From assembly GCF_009914755.1 (NCBI RefSeq), contig NC_060930.1: a DNA stretch of 64,000 nucleotides. The stretch is one strand, 5' to 3'. This stretch comes from the human T2T-CHM13v2.0 reference genome, Homo sapiens. Below, one piece after another: positions 25,229-42,444 of this stretch (position 1 is the first letter of the stretch; each line of letters opens with the position of its first letter). Under the pieces are notes generated by a model. That model made no database searches, was not told the DNA's origin, and was given only the letters and a program-made list of their open reading frames with translations. The position numbers were made by a program, and so were the translations under genes.

Positions 25229-26206
25229 TGTATAAGTAATGGTCCAATAACGAGACAGAAACCACACAGTAATTTGAAAAGAGAATGCTTAATATAAAGA
25301 ATCATTAACTATTTACAGAGAAAATTACAAAAAGGGAATAAAGATAAATTCAAGAATACTCCAAGACTGAGTGAGTTTACCCAAGGAAGGAGGCCCTCTC
25401 CAACACTGGGACTCAGAGCTCTTTGGTGTGGTTGCTGTCCCCTGGATGGTGGAGAAGTTCACTGGGTTGCCCAGGCCAGAGCTGGTCCACAATCTGCAGG
25501 CTGATAATCACAAGCTGCAAGTGTCCTGCTGAGGTGCTCATGGGCTAAGCTAGTAGGCAGGACACTGCCTTCTGGGATGCTGATGAGATTTTGTGGGGAG
25601 CTACCTGCTGGGCTGCTGTTGAACTGGCTGCGAAGAAGCTGGCTGGGTACTGACTGGAATCACCAGAAAACCAGAGTCACCTGCAAGAGGTTTTGTTGAA
25701 CTGTCTGGGCACCCACAGAACTCACCAGAATCTACCTGCAGCAGTGTGCCACTGAACATACTGATGTGAAGGTAGCTGGGGTGACTGTAGAGCTCATCCA
25801 GAAGCTGCTGCTAGGAGAATGAGATGCCTGGAGAGCCTGCTAAGATGACTGCAGCCCTCCCCTGGAAACTGCCTTGGGAAGTACTGCTGTATCTCATTCA
25901 TTACTGGAAAGCCTGCTGGAGCACTTTTGGAACCACTGCAAGACTTCTACAGCGGTGCTGCTGAAACTCCCTGGAAGTGAGCGCCACTGGGTGTCCTGAA
26001 TGCCAGTCCAGCGCTGCAGAAGCAAGAATGCTGGAATAAAAACACCGGAACCAGGAAGAGACATCCCATCCTCCCGCAGTGTCCCTCTAGCGCCCTCTAC
26101 TGACAATGCCTAGCATCATGCCTGCTGGCAAGAGGAATGCTTCTTCAGTGTCAGGCGATAAAAGAATGGATTTGGAGCTGAGAGGTAATAAATTGATAAC
26201 TGACAC
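25229..26206. mobile_element. LTR41-like ERVL LTR
   Basis: GAGACAGAAACCACACAGTAATTTGAA at one end; GCGCCCTCTACTGAC and GGATTTGGAGCTGAGAGG...TTGATAACTGACACA at the other. Confidence 0.6.
26078..26105 (-). promoter_or_regulatory. CTCF motif carried by an LTR41-like element
   Basis: AGCGCCCTCTACTGAC at 26089-26104, preceded by a second partial motif GTGTCCCTCTAGCG. Confidence 0.55.
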
Positions 26207-26974
26207 AGTCCTTTTGTCAAAATCACAACTTTGTATTAAAATGCTCTCTTTCTCACTTGTCTCTTCCATTAGTAGGTGATATGTGTTTCAAAAGTGAGGA
26301 TACTTTTTATATTTCATGTGTAGCACAGCTCCTGGCACATGTTATGTATTTACCAAACATTTGTGAAAATGTTGTACTGAATACATAAATATTGCTTCCT
26401 GTGCTAAAAGATTCACTTGGTCTGAGAGCACTAGGTCTGTACAAATTTAGATGGCATAAAGGGAAGCTGTTGTTTTCATTGTTTGTACATAGAAGGAAAA
26501 TGGCAGCAGTGGTGATTGACACATAGCACACCTGTAGAGTCACTATTTTCTAAAAGTGGGATTTTTTTCAGTCACTAGGAATTTCAGTTAGGGTTGAATG
26601 ATTGGAAATCCTCCATAAATCTCTAGGGGAAAAAATTCTCCTTTATTGAGCAGCAGTACATTCTACTCAGAAATGTACTGTGAAAATGAAAAAAGCAGTT
26701 ATACTAGTAAGCTGAATGATGTCCATTTCACACAAACTTTAATAACATGGAAAAATGAAACAAAATAAAAACTACTGGAATATACAACAAAAGTTTATTG
26801 TGCTTAAATATATATCAACAAGACCCGTTTCTTCGACATTTTGATTTAAGGACTGAATTTATGTTGAAGGTTGAATTACTTGAATGAGTTTGGGAGTTGA
26901 AGAATAGAGAGATGAAATTATTTAGTCAATATCAAGCATCAAATAAATGCCTCAAGTAGATAGAATAAGAATAA

Positions 26975-27637
26975 AAGAGAAAGACAGGGAGATTTATTTT
27001 AAGGAATTGGCTCACACAATTGTGGGGCATGACAAGTCTGAATTTTGCAGGGCAGGCTTGCAGGCCAGAGACTCATACCTAATATCTCAATTTGGAGGCA
27101 GAATTCCTTCTCCCTTGGGAGACTTCAGTGTTGTTGTTGTTGTTGTTTTTCTTTGTTTCTTTTTTGAGATAGGGTCTTGCTCTGTGGCCCAGGCTGGAGT
27201 GCAGTGGCGCAATCTTGGCTCACTACAGCCTCAAACCTCCTGGGCCCAAGTGAACCTCCCACCTCAGCCCCCTCGAGTAGCCGGTACCACAGGTGTGTAC
27301 CACTACACACAGCTAATTTTGCTTATTTTTTGTAGAGACGAGGTCTCACTATGTTGCCCAGGCTTGTCTCCAACTCCTGGGCTTGAGTGATCCTTCTACC
27401 TTGGCTTCCCAAAGTGCTATTACAGGCGTGAGTCACTGTGCACAGCTAGTGTTTTTTCCTTAAGGCCTTCAACTGATTGGATGAGGCCCACTCACATTAT
27501 AGAAAGGTAATATGTTTTACTCAAAGTCTATGACTGGTTTAAATGTTAATCATATCTAAAAAGAAAAATCTAGATTGATGACTGAATGTCTGGGGACCAT
27601 AACCTAGCCAAGCTGACACATAAAATTAATCATCACA
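26975..27637 (-). mobile_element. MLT2 LTR split by an Alu
   Basis: TTAAGGAATTGGCTCACACAATTGTGG; CAACTGATTGGATGAGGCCCAC; terminal GACACATAAAATTAATCATCACA. Confidence 0.85.
27130..27447 (-). mobile_element. AluJ-like inserted in MLT2
   Basis: (GTT)n/T tail followed by antisense Alu. Confidence 0.9.
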
Positions 27638-27727
27638 GCATCTAACTTCATTTGCAAAATCACCTTAGCAATGAAAACACCAAAAGCTGACAAAGATAAT
27701 TGAGACAGAGAGAAACTATTAGCGCAG

Positions 27728-28111
27728 TGTATTAGTCTGTTCTCACATTGCTATAAAGAACTATCTGAGAATATATAATTTATAAAGAAAAGAGATTTAA
27801 TTGATTCACACAGTTCTGCAGACTTTACAGGAAGTATGGCTAGAGGTAGGCCTCAGGAAACTTATGATTATGGTGGGAGGCAAAGGGGAAGCAGGCACAT
27901 CTAACAAGGCTGAAGAAGGAGGAGGAGAGTGAAGGGGGAGGTGCTACACACTTTTAAACACCCAGCTCTCATGAGAACTCACTATCACAAGAACAGCAAG
28001 GGGGAACTCTACCCCCTTGATCCAATCACCTCCCACCAGGCCCCTCCTCCAAAATTGGGGATTACAATTAGATATGAGATTTGGGCAGGGATAAAAATTC
28101 AAATCATATCA
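27728..28111 (-). mobile_element. MSTA-type solo LTR
   Basis: TGTATTAGTC...CATATCA; TSD CGCAG/TGCAG. Confidence 0.88.
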
Positions 28112-31090
<2,979 letters not shown>

Positions 31091-32329
31091 AAACCTTCAA
31101 CTTCCTTTTTACATTATATTTAAATATATTAATTTGCCTACATTTTTATAAACACAAAATATTTGATATTAATTTTGAAGGCATTTTAATGGCTTCAGCT
31201 CAGGACAAAAATTACATAACATGGCCAATAAATGGTTCATGTTAAAAGACTAAAATCCTAATCACAGGTTAATAAACAATGTAGTCATCTAGAATTTTTA
31301 CAACCAATTTGAAGAAAACACTGAATACAGAAATGGTCAATAGGATAATTGCATGAATAACTTGTCTTGGGATAATTGTGTAAGTAACTTTTCTTCACAG
31401 GCAAAATCTCTTACTAATAGATCCTAATTCTAGCAAGAAAATTGACATAGAATTTTGAACATCTACTGTACAAATTAATGGTTTTGGATGTTTGCTGTTC
31501 ATCAATTCTTAGAGACATAAAATGATTTAGCACAATGTTGGCAGGCCTGCACGGAAATGAGTAAATGCTTTTATGGCTGATAGTAATATAAATTGGTGCC
31601 ATTTTTTCTAAAAAGCAAAAGGGAAGTATGTAACAAGATCTTGAAAATATATTTGTATCATTTGACAAAAAGAATTCTACTTTTGTGTATACAGCTTTCC
31701 TTTTTATTCATCTGTTTTTTTCTTCCTTTGTTCATTGACCAACAGTATTTAGGAAGCTGTTTGTATGGCAAACATTATGATTATTCTGTGGATAAAAAGA
31801 TAATTCAGATATGTTTCTTTCCCTTGAGAAACCACAGACCTAACTGTGTAACTCACTTCTCCTCCTACTTTCACACTCCCACCCTGTTCCCCAAAGACAT
31901 GCATTATCTACAAATATATGTTAAAACTTGATAGTTTATTACGGCCATTTTTTTTCACATAAGCTCCTTCAATATTAATACAAAGAAATATAATGGTAAC
32001 ATGAATAGTGAATATGTCAGTCTACTTCTTCTATGAGGGAGTAATACAGTCCACAATTAACCTCTAACCATAGATATCTAAATAATGGAAAACTAAGAAA
32101 TATCTTTTAGTATTTATTTTTCATTTAAACATATATATTCATTGATTATAACATGATATTTTGAATATGTATACCTTGTGGAATGGCTAAATCAAGCTAA
32201 TTAACAAACTGTCATTTTTTTTATGGTGAGAACACTTTAAATCTACTCCCTTAGCAATTTTCAAGAATGTAATGCATTGTTATTAACTATAGTCACCACA
32301 TTGGACAATAGGGGAAAAACTATTTTTCA

Positions 32330-33713
32330 ACATTGGAGAACATGCCACACAGGACTGTGAATTCTGAGGTGAAAATATTGATATTAGACCTCCCATCACC
32401 TACACTTTCTGCCCAGAGGCAATTCTTTATAGTGTAGATAGGAAAACCTAAACAGTCTGACAATTATTCTGAGTTGAATAGACCAGTGTCGAAGATATAA
32501 AAAGATTAACCAACTAGAATTCATGGGGCAGATTACCCAAAAATCACAGGTACATGGATAAAATGTCCAGAAATCTAAGTATGGAACCCTTGACTTTTTA
32601 CCTAAATACCAAAGTGTTTTTACATAGAGTGAATACTCCATAAGCCCAGACAAAAACAGCTTTCAAGAAATGAATAATTACTTACGACTTGTAAAACAAA
32701 ATTTCCAGAGTTCACAGAGCCAGGAATTAAGCACTCACAATCCAAGTAGAGAGATCTCATTGAAGACATGAGGCTTGAAGGAGCTTCATTTCAAACTTAC
32801 AATAATGACTACTCTAGACACAACTTAAAAGAGCTTAAATGGCCAGGTGTGGTGGCTCACGCCTGTAATCCCAGCACTTTGGGAGATTGAGGCGGGCGGA
32901 TCACCTGAGGTCGGGAGTTCAAGACCAGCCTGAACAACATGGAGATTACAGGCGTGAGCCACCGAGCCCAAGATTGTGCCATTGCACTCCAGCCTGGGCG
33001 ACAAGAGCGAAACTCCGTCTAAAAAAAAAAAAAAAAGCTTAAAAACAAATCTCAAAGGCAATATGCTAATCAAAAGAAACTTGATTGCTTTCCAGAAAAT
33101 AACTAGAGTATTTTAAAATACAAAATCCAGCAGTCGACAACGTAAAATTCACAACATTTAGCATCCCATCAAAGCTCACTAGATATGAAGAAGGGAAATG
33201 TAACTCACAATCATGAGAAAAAAAATCAGTTACGAAAGAAATGACAGATGATGAAATTTGCAGAAAATGATGTTAAAATATCTATTATAAATATGGTACA
33301 TGTGCTCAAATATGTGAAAGATAGTAGAATCATGATGAGGAGAGAAATTGAAAGTATATAAAAAAATGGAACGTAGCTCCTAAAGATGAAAAACACAAAA
33401 TCTGAAATGAAAAAGACACTAGAGGGGGTGAACAGTATATTAGACACTGCAAAAAAAATAAAAGGTTAGTGAACTTGAAAACCTAGCAACAGAATCTATT
33501 CAAAATGAAGTACAGAGACAAAAGACAGAAAATAGTAAACAGAGCAGAGTAACATGTGGAACAGTATGAATCAGGCTAAACACGTAATTAGAGTCCCCGA
33601 AAGAAGAAAGCAGACAGAAAAACAAAATCACTAAAAATGTAATTTAAATGCAGAGGAAAAATTGTACTACTAACTAGAATCTTTACTCAGTGAAAATAGG
33701 TTTCAAAAATGGA
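32330..33713 (+). mobile_element. Old L1M 5' region/ORF1 remnant
   Basis: A-rich ORF1-like sequence (AACAGTATATTAGACACTGCA...TTAGTGAACTTGAAAAC...TAATTAGAGTCCC). Confidence 0.65.
32841..33036 (+). mobile_element. AluSp/Sq-like with internal deletion and inverted insert
   Basis: GGTCGGGAGTT and GGGCGACAAGAGCGAAACTCC diagnostics; TSD AAAAGAGCTTAAA/AAAAAAGCTTAAA. Confidence 0.9.
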
Positions 33714-33934
33714 GGTCATTCTTCCACAGTTCAGGTCTCTGAAAAACTTCCATCTCCCACTGAAAGTTGTAGTCTAAGAGTGAAGCCATCACATACAAGG
33801 ACTTCAGGGCTAACTGTAAAGTCAGTCTGAACACTTGCATTAGTTGATCTTATTTATTATCACAAGCCTGAAAACACACAGCTCTAGAAAAGGTGGCCTC
33901 CTTATGCACATATATAATTTTTAAAAAGGAGAAG

Positions 33935-34045
33935 GCACTTTGTGAGGCTGAAGCAGGAGGATCACTTGAAGCCAGGAGTTGAAGACCAGCCTGGACAATA
34001 AAGCAAGACTCTGTCTCTACAGAAATAAAAATTAAAAATAAAAAA
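33935..34045 (+). mobile_element. Alu left monomer (FLAM-like) inserted in the SUMO1 retrocopy 3'UTR
   Basis: GCACTTTGTGAGGCTGAAGCAGGAGGATCACTTGA...CTCTAC plus A-rich tail. Confidence 0.85.
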
Positions 34046-34264
34046 GAGTGCAATAGAAAAGGGAACAATCAGCACAAAGAGGGCTGAAATGTGCAACAAA
34101 AGTCAGCACAATGAAAATGATGAATAATGAGCCCTAGAATTCAAAGAGATGGGGTACCAGTTTTCATTACATTCTGAACAACACATTAAAAATGAACTAT
34201 TTTTAAAAATAAAAGTGAGGGAAAAAGAAAAGGAATGTCAACCCATTGATTGAGCCCTTCATTT

Positions 34265-34543
34265 TCTCTTAAAATTGTTTTTGATACATAATAGTTGCAT
34301 GTATTTGTGGGGTACATGTGATAGTTTGATACATGGATACAACGTGTAATGTTCAAATCAGAGTGAGATATCCATCACCTCAAACATTTATCATTTCTTT
34401 GTGTTGGGAACATTTCCAATCTTCTCTTTGAGCTATTTTGAAATATACAATGAATTATTATTAACTATAGTAACCCTATTATACTACTGAACACTACAAC
34501 TTAATCCTTCTATCTAACTGTTTTTTTGTATCCATTAACCAAT
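34265..34543 (-). mobile_element. L1MA 3' fragment inserted in the SUMO1 retrocopy
   Basis: GTATTTGTGGGGTACATGTGATAGTTTGATAC...ATCCATCACCTCAAACATTTATCATTTCTTTGTGTTGGGAACA; degenerate TSD AAATGGGG/AAATGAAG (minus strand). Confidence 0.85.
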
Positions 34544-37481
34544 CCCCATTTGTTCTTGATAAAGTTGAATCAAATCTTTTGTGAACACACATTCTCAGGT
34601 CTTTTGGGATATGATTATCAGCAATTCTCTGACCTTCAAAGAGAAATCTGAGTGAATTCACTGGAACTCCCAACACTGGCAGTATACTTCTCTGGGTTTC
34701 CTGAGATGTGTTGCCATTTCCACTTTGAAGTGAATCTTACGGCTATCTGACTTTAATGTATTCTCCTTCCTTCTTATTCCCCAACTCCTCGGTTAAAGAA
34801 TTTGTCTCCTGGTCAGACAAGGTGATGGTGGCTTCATTCAGTGGTCTCCTCTGAACAGTAGGTACCAGCCTAGGATACACAGAACCTTGCTCCAGGGTTT
34901 ACAAATCCACCTCTCTTCCTCACAGCACAATCAGGAAAACACCCTTTTTAGGTGGGCACAAAGACCCAACCTAAGCTAATGAATCTCTTTGTGCTGGGTG
35001 TTTGAATCTGCTGTGGAGATACAATAGGTAGGAAAGGAAGTAGAGTGACTCATTTCAGATATAGGTGTGCATGAGTTTCCACTAAAATGTACTACTGGTA
35101 CCTGTTCCCAGGAGTATGTAGGCTCTCTTCATTGGGTACTTTGCAGGTATGTTCTTCTTGTAGTCTAAAAACATGCCAATTTCCAAAAAAAAAAAAGTGA
35201 GAATGGGGTAGCCTCTTAACTAAAAATAAGATAATACTATTTGTTAAAAATCTAAGATGTAAAACAGGCCATATACACAATCTGTAATTATAACACCTCT
35301 ACAAAGTTTATATTATGATATTCCTTATGGCAGAATGCAAATACTTAATCCCTTTTGCACCAAGAGTCTTATGATTCTCTCTCCCTCTCTCCCTATCTGA
35401 CTTGCTGTTCATTCTATGATTTTGTCCCTGTGTCTCTCAGTTTCATGTCTCCTGACTCAGAAGTATGGCACATCTTTGTATTTTGTCTTGTATTTTGTCT
35501 TTAGTATTTTGTCTTGACTTATTCATAGATACTCCTTAATATTGCCCCTCCCAGGTCAGACTAGCCCTTTGCTATATTTTTTTCTGACTGCAAGAGGCAT
35601 TTGTTCATTCAATAAACATCCATTAAGCCCCCACAGAATTCTAACTCAGCAGTGAGAAAAGTAGATCTATGGACAGTACAGTGCTTATAACATTTCAGAA
35701 CGAGTGCTTCTCCTCTGGCCAAAGCCAAAGCCTATTAGTGAGCTTGATTAACTCCTTCACCTTAAGTCAGCAAGAAAAGATGTGGCAGAATAGCATAAGT
35801 GAGGCAGATGACTTCAGTGACAGCTGATCTGAGCACATGCTTTGGTTAAATTCTAACTTTATAAATATTTATTGAGCATCTAGGCAGAAGCCGGGAATGG
35901 GAGTATGGTGGTGAATAAGGTAGACAAGATCTAGACCTTACTGGAACATACACTTCAGTAAGGCACATGGACATTGAATTAGTGGGTGATGAAAATCTTG
36001 TAAGTTGAAATGAAGGGCACTTAGCCTAGTGAAGAGTGAGGGAAGATGATTCCAGGCAGAGGAAATAAAACTCACGATGACTCAGAATTAAGAAAGAGTT
36101 TGGAATACTGGGTGAACTGAGGGTGGATGGAGGTGGTGGTCTGGAACAGGGATAATGGGTTGGCGGGGGGGTGGTAAACAGGTGGAAAGGTAAGCTTGAT
36201 ACTGAACTGGGAGCCTCTGGGGTCTTGTTAAGAATTTAATTTATCTTGAAAAACAAGGGAATCTTTAAAGAATTTAAAGAATTTTAAGCAGGTGAGTAAC
36301 ATGATTAGATTTACATTCCTAACCTAACACAGTGGATAAAATAAGCAGAATAGGACACTTTTGTTCAAATATGGCAGATGGAACGTGTACACCTCTAACT
36401 GCTCCCCCAGTCCTTTCTAAAATAGCAGTAAAGGTATTTTTTAAGAAAGCAGAAATCCTAAATGACAAGGAGAAGAGGAAAAGTGATCCCATCAATAAGA
36501 TTTTGGAAGCTGGAGAGCAGATGGCCAAGTGGTAAAGGATTTAACAGGCCCAAGAAAACCAAACCAACAGTGGAAAAGCAGAGAACCAACCTGATTTATA
36601 CATTAGAATCCCCCAAAGCTCAGCAGCTGCTGCCACCAGCTGCTTCTAAATGTAGACATGACAGGGTCCAAGGAAAGCAACAGAGTCAGGAGCATTGGTC
36701 TAATGTCTGTTTAAGAAGCAGTCAGTCTCTGTTCCATGTAGCTGGGCCACTGTGTTTCACTCATCCTGGGGAAAGGCTGAAGGCTTATTCTCTGGAAAGG
36801 AGGTTTCTGGACTAGAGGACACCCAAGCATGGCCAAGAAGAAGGAGTAAGATAGATGTTGTCAACAGACCGGTACTGAGACCTGGCAACTTAATTCTCCA
36901 CTCCTGGACAGCTAAAAGCCAAGCTTTTGTTCATAAGGCAAGAATGTGGAATGATCTCCTTTAAAGAACCTTTTCAGCTCAGAAGAAATGTCCTAAAAAT
37001 ACTAACATCAGAGGCTCCACAGCTGCTGTTATGGCAAATGATTTTATTGTTATGAAAGTATTTAGTGAGATTTTATTTTCCCCCAAATAGGTTCCTTTAA
37101 ATAATGTTATATTAAAATTTATATTAATAATTATAATTTAGTTTGCCTTTTAACATTTATATGTCATTTTGAATATTTTAGAATATAACTTTTTTGAAAA
37201 TATATAAACAAAATTTTAATTTACATATTTCATGAAAATACAGTCATTTCATATTCAATGAAGTTAAGCTCACTTTAAATATAATTGCATTTTATTTCTT
37301 AATCCTTTAGTAAGAATGAGTTTAAATTGAGAAATAGAAAATATAAAAGTAGAGCTCAGGGGAAAACTAAAAAGCATAAGGAAATAAATGTTCAATGGGG
37401 CAGTCTGCTTAAGTTATTAAAAACTGGAAACAACAAAAATAAGATTTATACTGAGCATGACCCATATAAAAATTGCAAACC

Positions 37482-37837
<356 letters not shown>

Positions 37838-38099
37838 TTATTGTAATACATAAAGATTTAATTACTGACCAAAATAATGAAAATGAAAAAAATTATTTTT
37901 ATCAAGTCCACAACTTAAGTCAAATGAAATCCCTGCAATTTTATATAAATAAAGATTTAATGAAGATATTACTGTAAGAGATGGCCAAAATCGCAACATA
38001 AGTGACAGACATATGCTGAAAATAAAATAAAAAATACGTTATAACTATGTTTAAACTTTGTACAATTATTGTTTCACTCCCAAATATACTTACAGTGGC

Positions 38100-38397
38100 T
38101 TTTTCTTTTTTTTTTTTGAGACAGGGTCTCACTCTGCCCATGCTGGATTGCAGTGGCACGATCACAGCTCACTGCAGCCTCAACCCCCCAAGGCTCAAGT
38201 GATCCTCCCACCTCAGCCTACCGACTAGCCGGGACTACAGGCACATGCCACTATGCCCAGCTAATTTCGTTTATTTTTTGTAGCGACAGGTCTTACTATA
38301 TTGCCCAAGGTGATCTTGAACTCCTGGACTCAGGCAATCCTCCAGCCTCACCCTCCCAAAGTGCTGGGATTACAGGCATGAGCCACTGCACCTGGCC
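38100..38397 (-). mobile_element. AluJ-like
   Basis: Full antisense Alu. Confidence 0.92.
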
Positions 38398-39921
38398 ATA
38401 TATTGTGACTTTTATTAACAATTTCATTTACTATTCCTCAGCTAAGCGGCTTCACCAAATGTAAATTAATTAAAAAGTCTAAGAACTACACTGACCTAAT
38501 TTGACATTAATGTTAATAGAATACAAATCGTGAGAAAATCCTAATTTTAACATAAGTAGTATTTTTTAATTTTTAAGTGTTTAGTTATTAGATGGCATTT
38601 TGGCCTCTGTTTATACTCTCTCACAGACCATCTAGTAGTTAGCAATGGACTTGAGACTGGTCAACAGTTGCTAAATCAGAACCCATTAACTTAACCAGGT
38701 GTGGACTCATTAACTTAACCGGAGGATACTGTAGACCTGATAACCACCCTTAATACTTCACTGGGATCATTTGGCAAGCAATAATGCAAGCAAATTAACC
38801 TGAAGTGATTCAGCTAGGGTGAAAGAAATCAGAGAGAAAGGATGCATGAAAGGAAGATGGTTTCTAAATCACTGGTTCACATCAGAATCACCTTCACGAA
38901 ACATTGAATAGAGTAGACAGGGCTAATAAAATTTTTCACCCAGAAAAGGTTTGGCCAAATAGTTTCCAGACTATTTGCAAAACTGGAGTGGTAATGAGTT
39001 GCTGGTTTACTTTTGTTATTATTTTTTTCTTAAAAAATAGTGACTCTAATGTGTGGAAGCAATTGCAATAAAATACTCTAGATATGACTTAGTGGCATCA
39101 TCTTCTCATTGAAAAAATACCCCAACCTCATCTTATCTGCAATGGAAATAGAGTATTTCTTTAGTGCATATAATGAAAAAAATTACAACTGTCAGAAATG
39201 ATAGCCTAGACTACTTGAAGAAAGCTTCCCTTAAAGCTGTAAATCACCAGTGTTAGCACAATTGAGTAAATTTCCTTTTCCTTCCTTTTTTATTCTTCTC
39301 CCTGTCTATATTTCCCCTCCTCTTTATTTCTTTAATTGTCCGCCTTATAAGTGTTTCCCCACGTTGACATTTTGAGTAATGCTTCTCATTAAAAATTTAA
39401 AAATATTTTCACATTTTTGAACATATGAAGCATCAAAAATATGTGGCCTTTGTGATATAATTCTTTAGATTTGTGACAGATTTGGGAAGAAGATATTTTT
39501 AGTTTTGACATTTGAGAAAGTTTTTACCTGTATTAAAACATATGTTATAGTCTTCATTAGGATTCCTATTTGAGCACAAAAAAATATCTGCAAGAAAACG
39601 CAAATAGCAGCAACAGTGAAGAGCACTGGCTTAGGTCAAACAGACTTCAATTTAATCTGAGCTCCCCCTTTGCCAGCTGTGGGACATAAAACAACTGGCT
39701 TAACCTTCACTCGTCTAAATGTCGTCATCTGCCAAATGGGTGTAATAGTAGCTCCTATCTCCTAGAGATGTGAGAATAAATTAATCTGTGTGAAATCCTT
39801 GGAATTGTGTGAGGCACACAGACAAGCTTGTGGATGTTATTATTGATCCCACTGTTATTATTATTATTCATTATTTTTAACTGACTCTGATTTACTTTTA
39901 TAAAATAAAATAATACATGCC

Positions 39922-40291
39922 TGATATGGTTTGGCTGTGTGCCCACCCAAATATCATCTTGAATTATAGCTCCCATAAATCCCATGTGTTGTGGGAGGGA
40001 CCCGCTTGGAGATAATTGAATCATGAGGGCAGTTTCCCCCATACTCTTTGTGGTAGTGAGTAAGTCTCACGAGATCTGCTGATTTTATAAGGGTTTTCCC
40101 CTTTTGCTTGGCTCTCATTCTCTCTTGACTGCCATCATGTAAGATGTGCCTTTGTTCTTCCCTCAACTTCCGTCATGATTGTGAGACCTCCCCAGCCATG
40201 TGGAACTGTGAGTCCATTAAACTTCTATTTCTTTATAAATTACCCAGTCTTGGATATGTCTTTATCAGCAGTGTGAAAACAGACTAATACA
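39922..40291 (+). mobile_element. THE1 solo LTR (THE1B-like)
   Basis: TGATATGG...CTAATACA; TSD ATGCC/ATGCT; intact TAATTGAATCA at 40013-40023. Confidence 0.9.
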
Positions 40292-41220
40292 ATGCTCACA
40301 ATAGAAAAATGTAGATTGTAAAGAAGCACAAAATAGAGTCTTCTTCTGACTGCTACCACCCACCTCTCTGTTAATGGCTCTTATGTATCGTCTCTCAAAT
40401 TATTTTAGGAACCAGCTTATATATGATCCTTTCTGAAGCTTCATGCAGAGCAATCAGACCTTGCCCTCTGTTTGCACTTTTGTCACTTAACATTTATCTT
40501 GAATGGCTTTCTCTATCCACACATCTACATCACTCTCATTCTTTATAATAACTGTATCATATTCCATTGTATACATGTACTACAATTTATATAAATATCC
40601 TTTTGCAGTTTTTTTTTTTTTGCAATTATGTCTGTTAGGAAATGTCCTAATGTAGTATAATTTCTGGATTAAACTATGTGTATTTTCTACTTTGGTATAT
40701 TTTGCTGAATTACCCTCCCAAAAAGTTTGCATTAATTTACTACAGTGGTATTTAATGCATTTGGGTATGGCTCTGAAAACATGTATGTAAATGATCTGTT
40801 TGAAATAGATTTTTAAATTAAATTCACTAGGGATATGATTTGCTTTAGCAGGGTTCATGACCCTTTGTGATAAGTTTTGAAAGATGTAGATTCTCATTTT
40901 TCTGATGATGTGCATTCAAGAAAGTGCTGAGGTGTACACATTTTTAGAGGAAGCATGTCTTTGGGAGACTGAACAATGGCCAGCCAATAATGTTCACAAC
41001 CCAATCCTTTGATTTCAGCCCAGTGAAACTCACACCAGACTTCTGACCTCCAGAGCTAAGATTATAAATGTGTGTTGTTTTAAGTCACTAAGTTTATGGT
41101 AATTTGCTACAGCAGCAGTAGGAGACAAACCATTCATGTATCCCAGATGAAGATTCAGCTATGTGGGCACATGCCCTCTGTAAGAATGTATGAGAGCACA
41201 GCTTTAGAAAACCAAAAGCT

Positions 41221-41510
41221 GGCCAGGTGCAGTGGCTCATGCCTGTAATCCCGGTACTTTGGGAAGCTGAGGCAGGAGGATCACTTAAGGCCAGGAGTTC
41301 GACACCAGCCAGGCCAATATGGTGAAAGCCCATCTCTACCAAAAATACAAAAATTAGCTGGGCATGGAGGTGCATGCCTGTAATCCCAGCTACTCAGGCA
41401 GCTGTGGCAGGAGAATCACTTGAACCTAGGAGGTGCAGTAAGCCAAATTGGTGCCACTGCACTCCAGCCTGGGTGACCGAGCTAGACTCCATCTCAAAAA
41501 ACAAACAACA
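41221..41510 (+). mobile_element. AluS-like
   Basis: Full sense Alu. Confidence 0.92.
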
Positions 41511-41589
41511 ACCACAAAACCCAGAAAACCAAAAACCTTTAGTACACAAAGTAGAAAAACATTGAACCGGTCACATTTGGAGCAATACA

Positions 41590-42245
<656 letters not shown>

Positions 42246-42444
42246 AGAAAGTGTTGAGCAGGCCACTCCAGCTCCCCATCCTCCACTGCCCTAGACTCCA
42301 AGTGTCTCCATGGAGCACCCAGTGTTCCAAGAAGCAGATTGAAAACTATTCCTTCAGTAAATGAAACAAGCTTTCCTTTAAAATTTGAGCATGTATTAGT
42401 AAATCTGATCTTAAAAACAAACATTTATTTTCACTTGGTAAATT

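Larger units (their letters stand above)
33714..34935 (-). pseudogene. SUMO1: SUMO1 processed pseudogene, interrupted (symbol given is the parent gene)
   Basis: Translation [25 protein letters not shown] matches SUMO1; intronless. Start codon is TTG in TTGTCTGACCAGGAG at 34820; 5'UTR (GATTTGTAAACCC...GGTTCTG) extends to ~34935 and 3'UTR-like sequence (GTGGGAGATGGAAGTTTTTCAGAGA) to ~33714. Contains indels, an L1MA insert and an Alu monomer insert. Confidence 0.92.
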
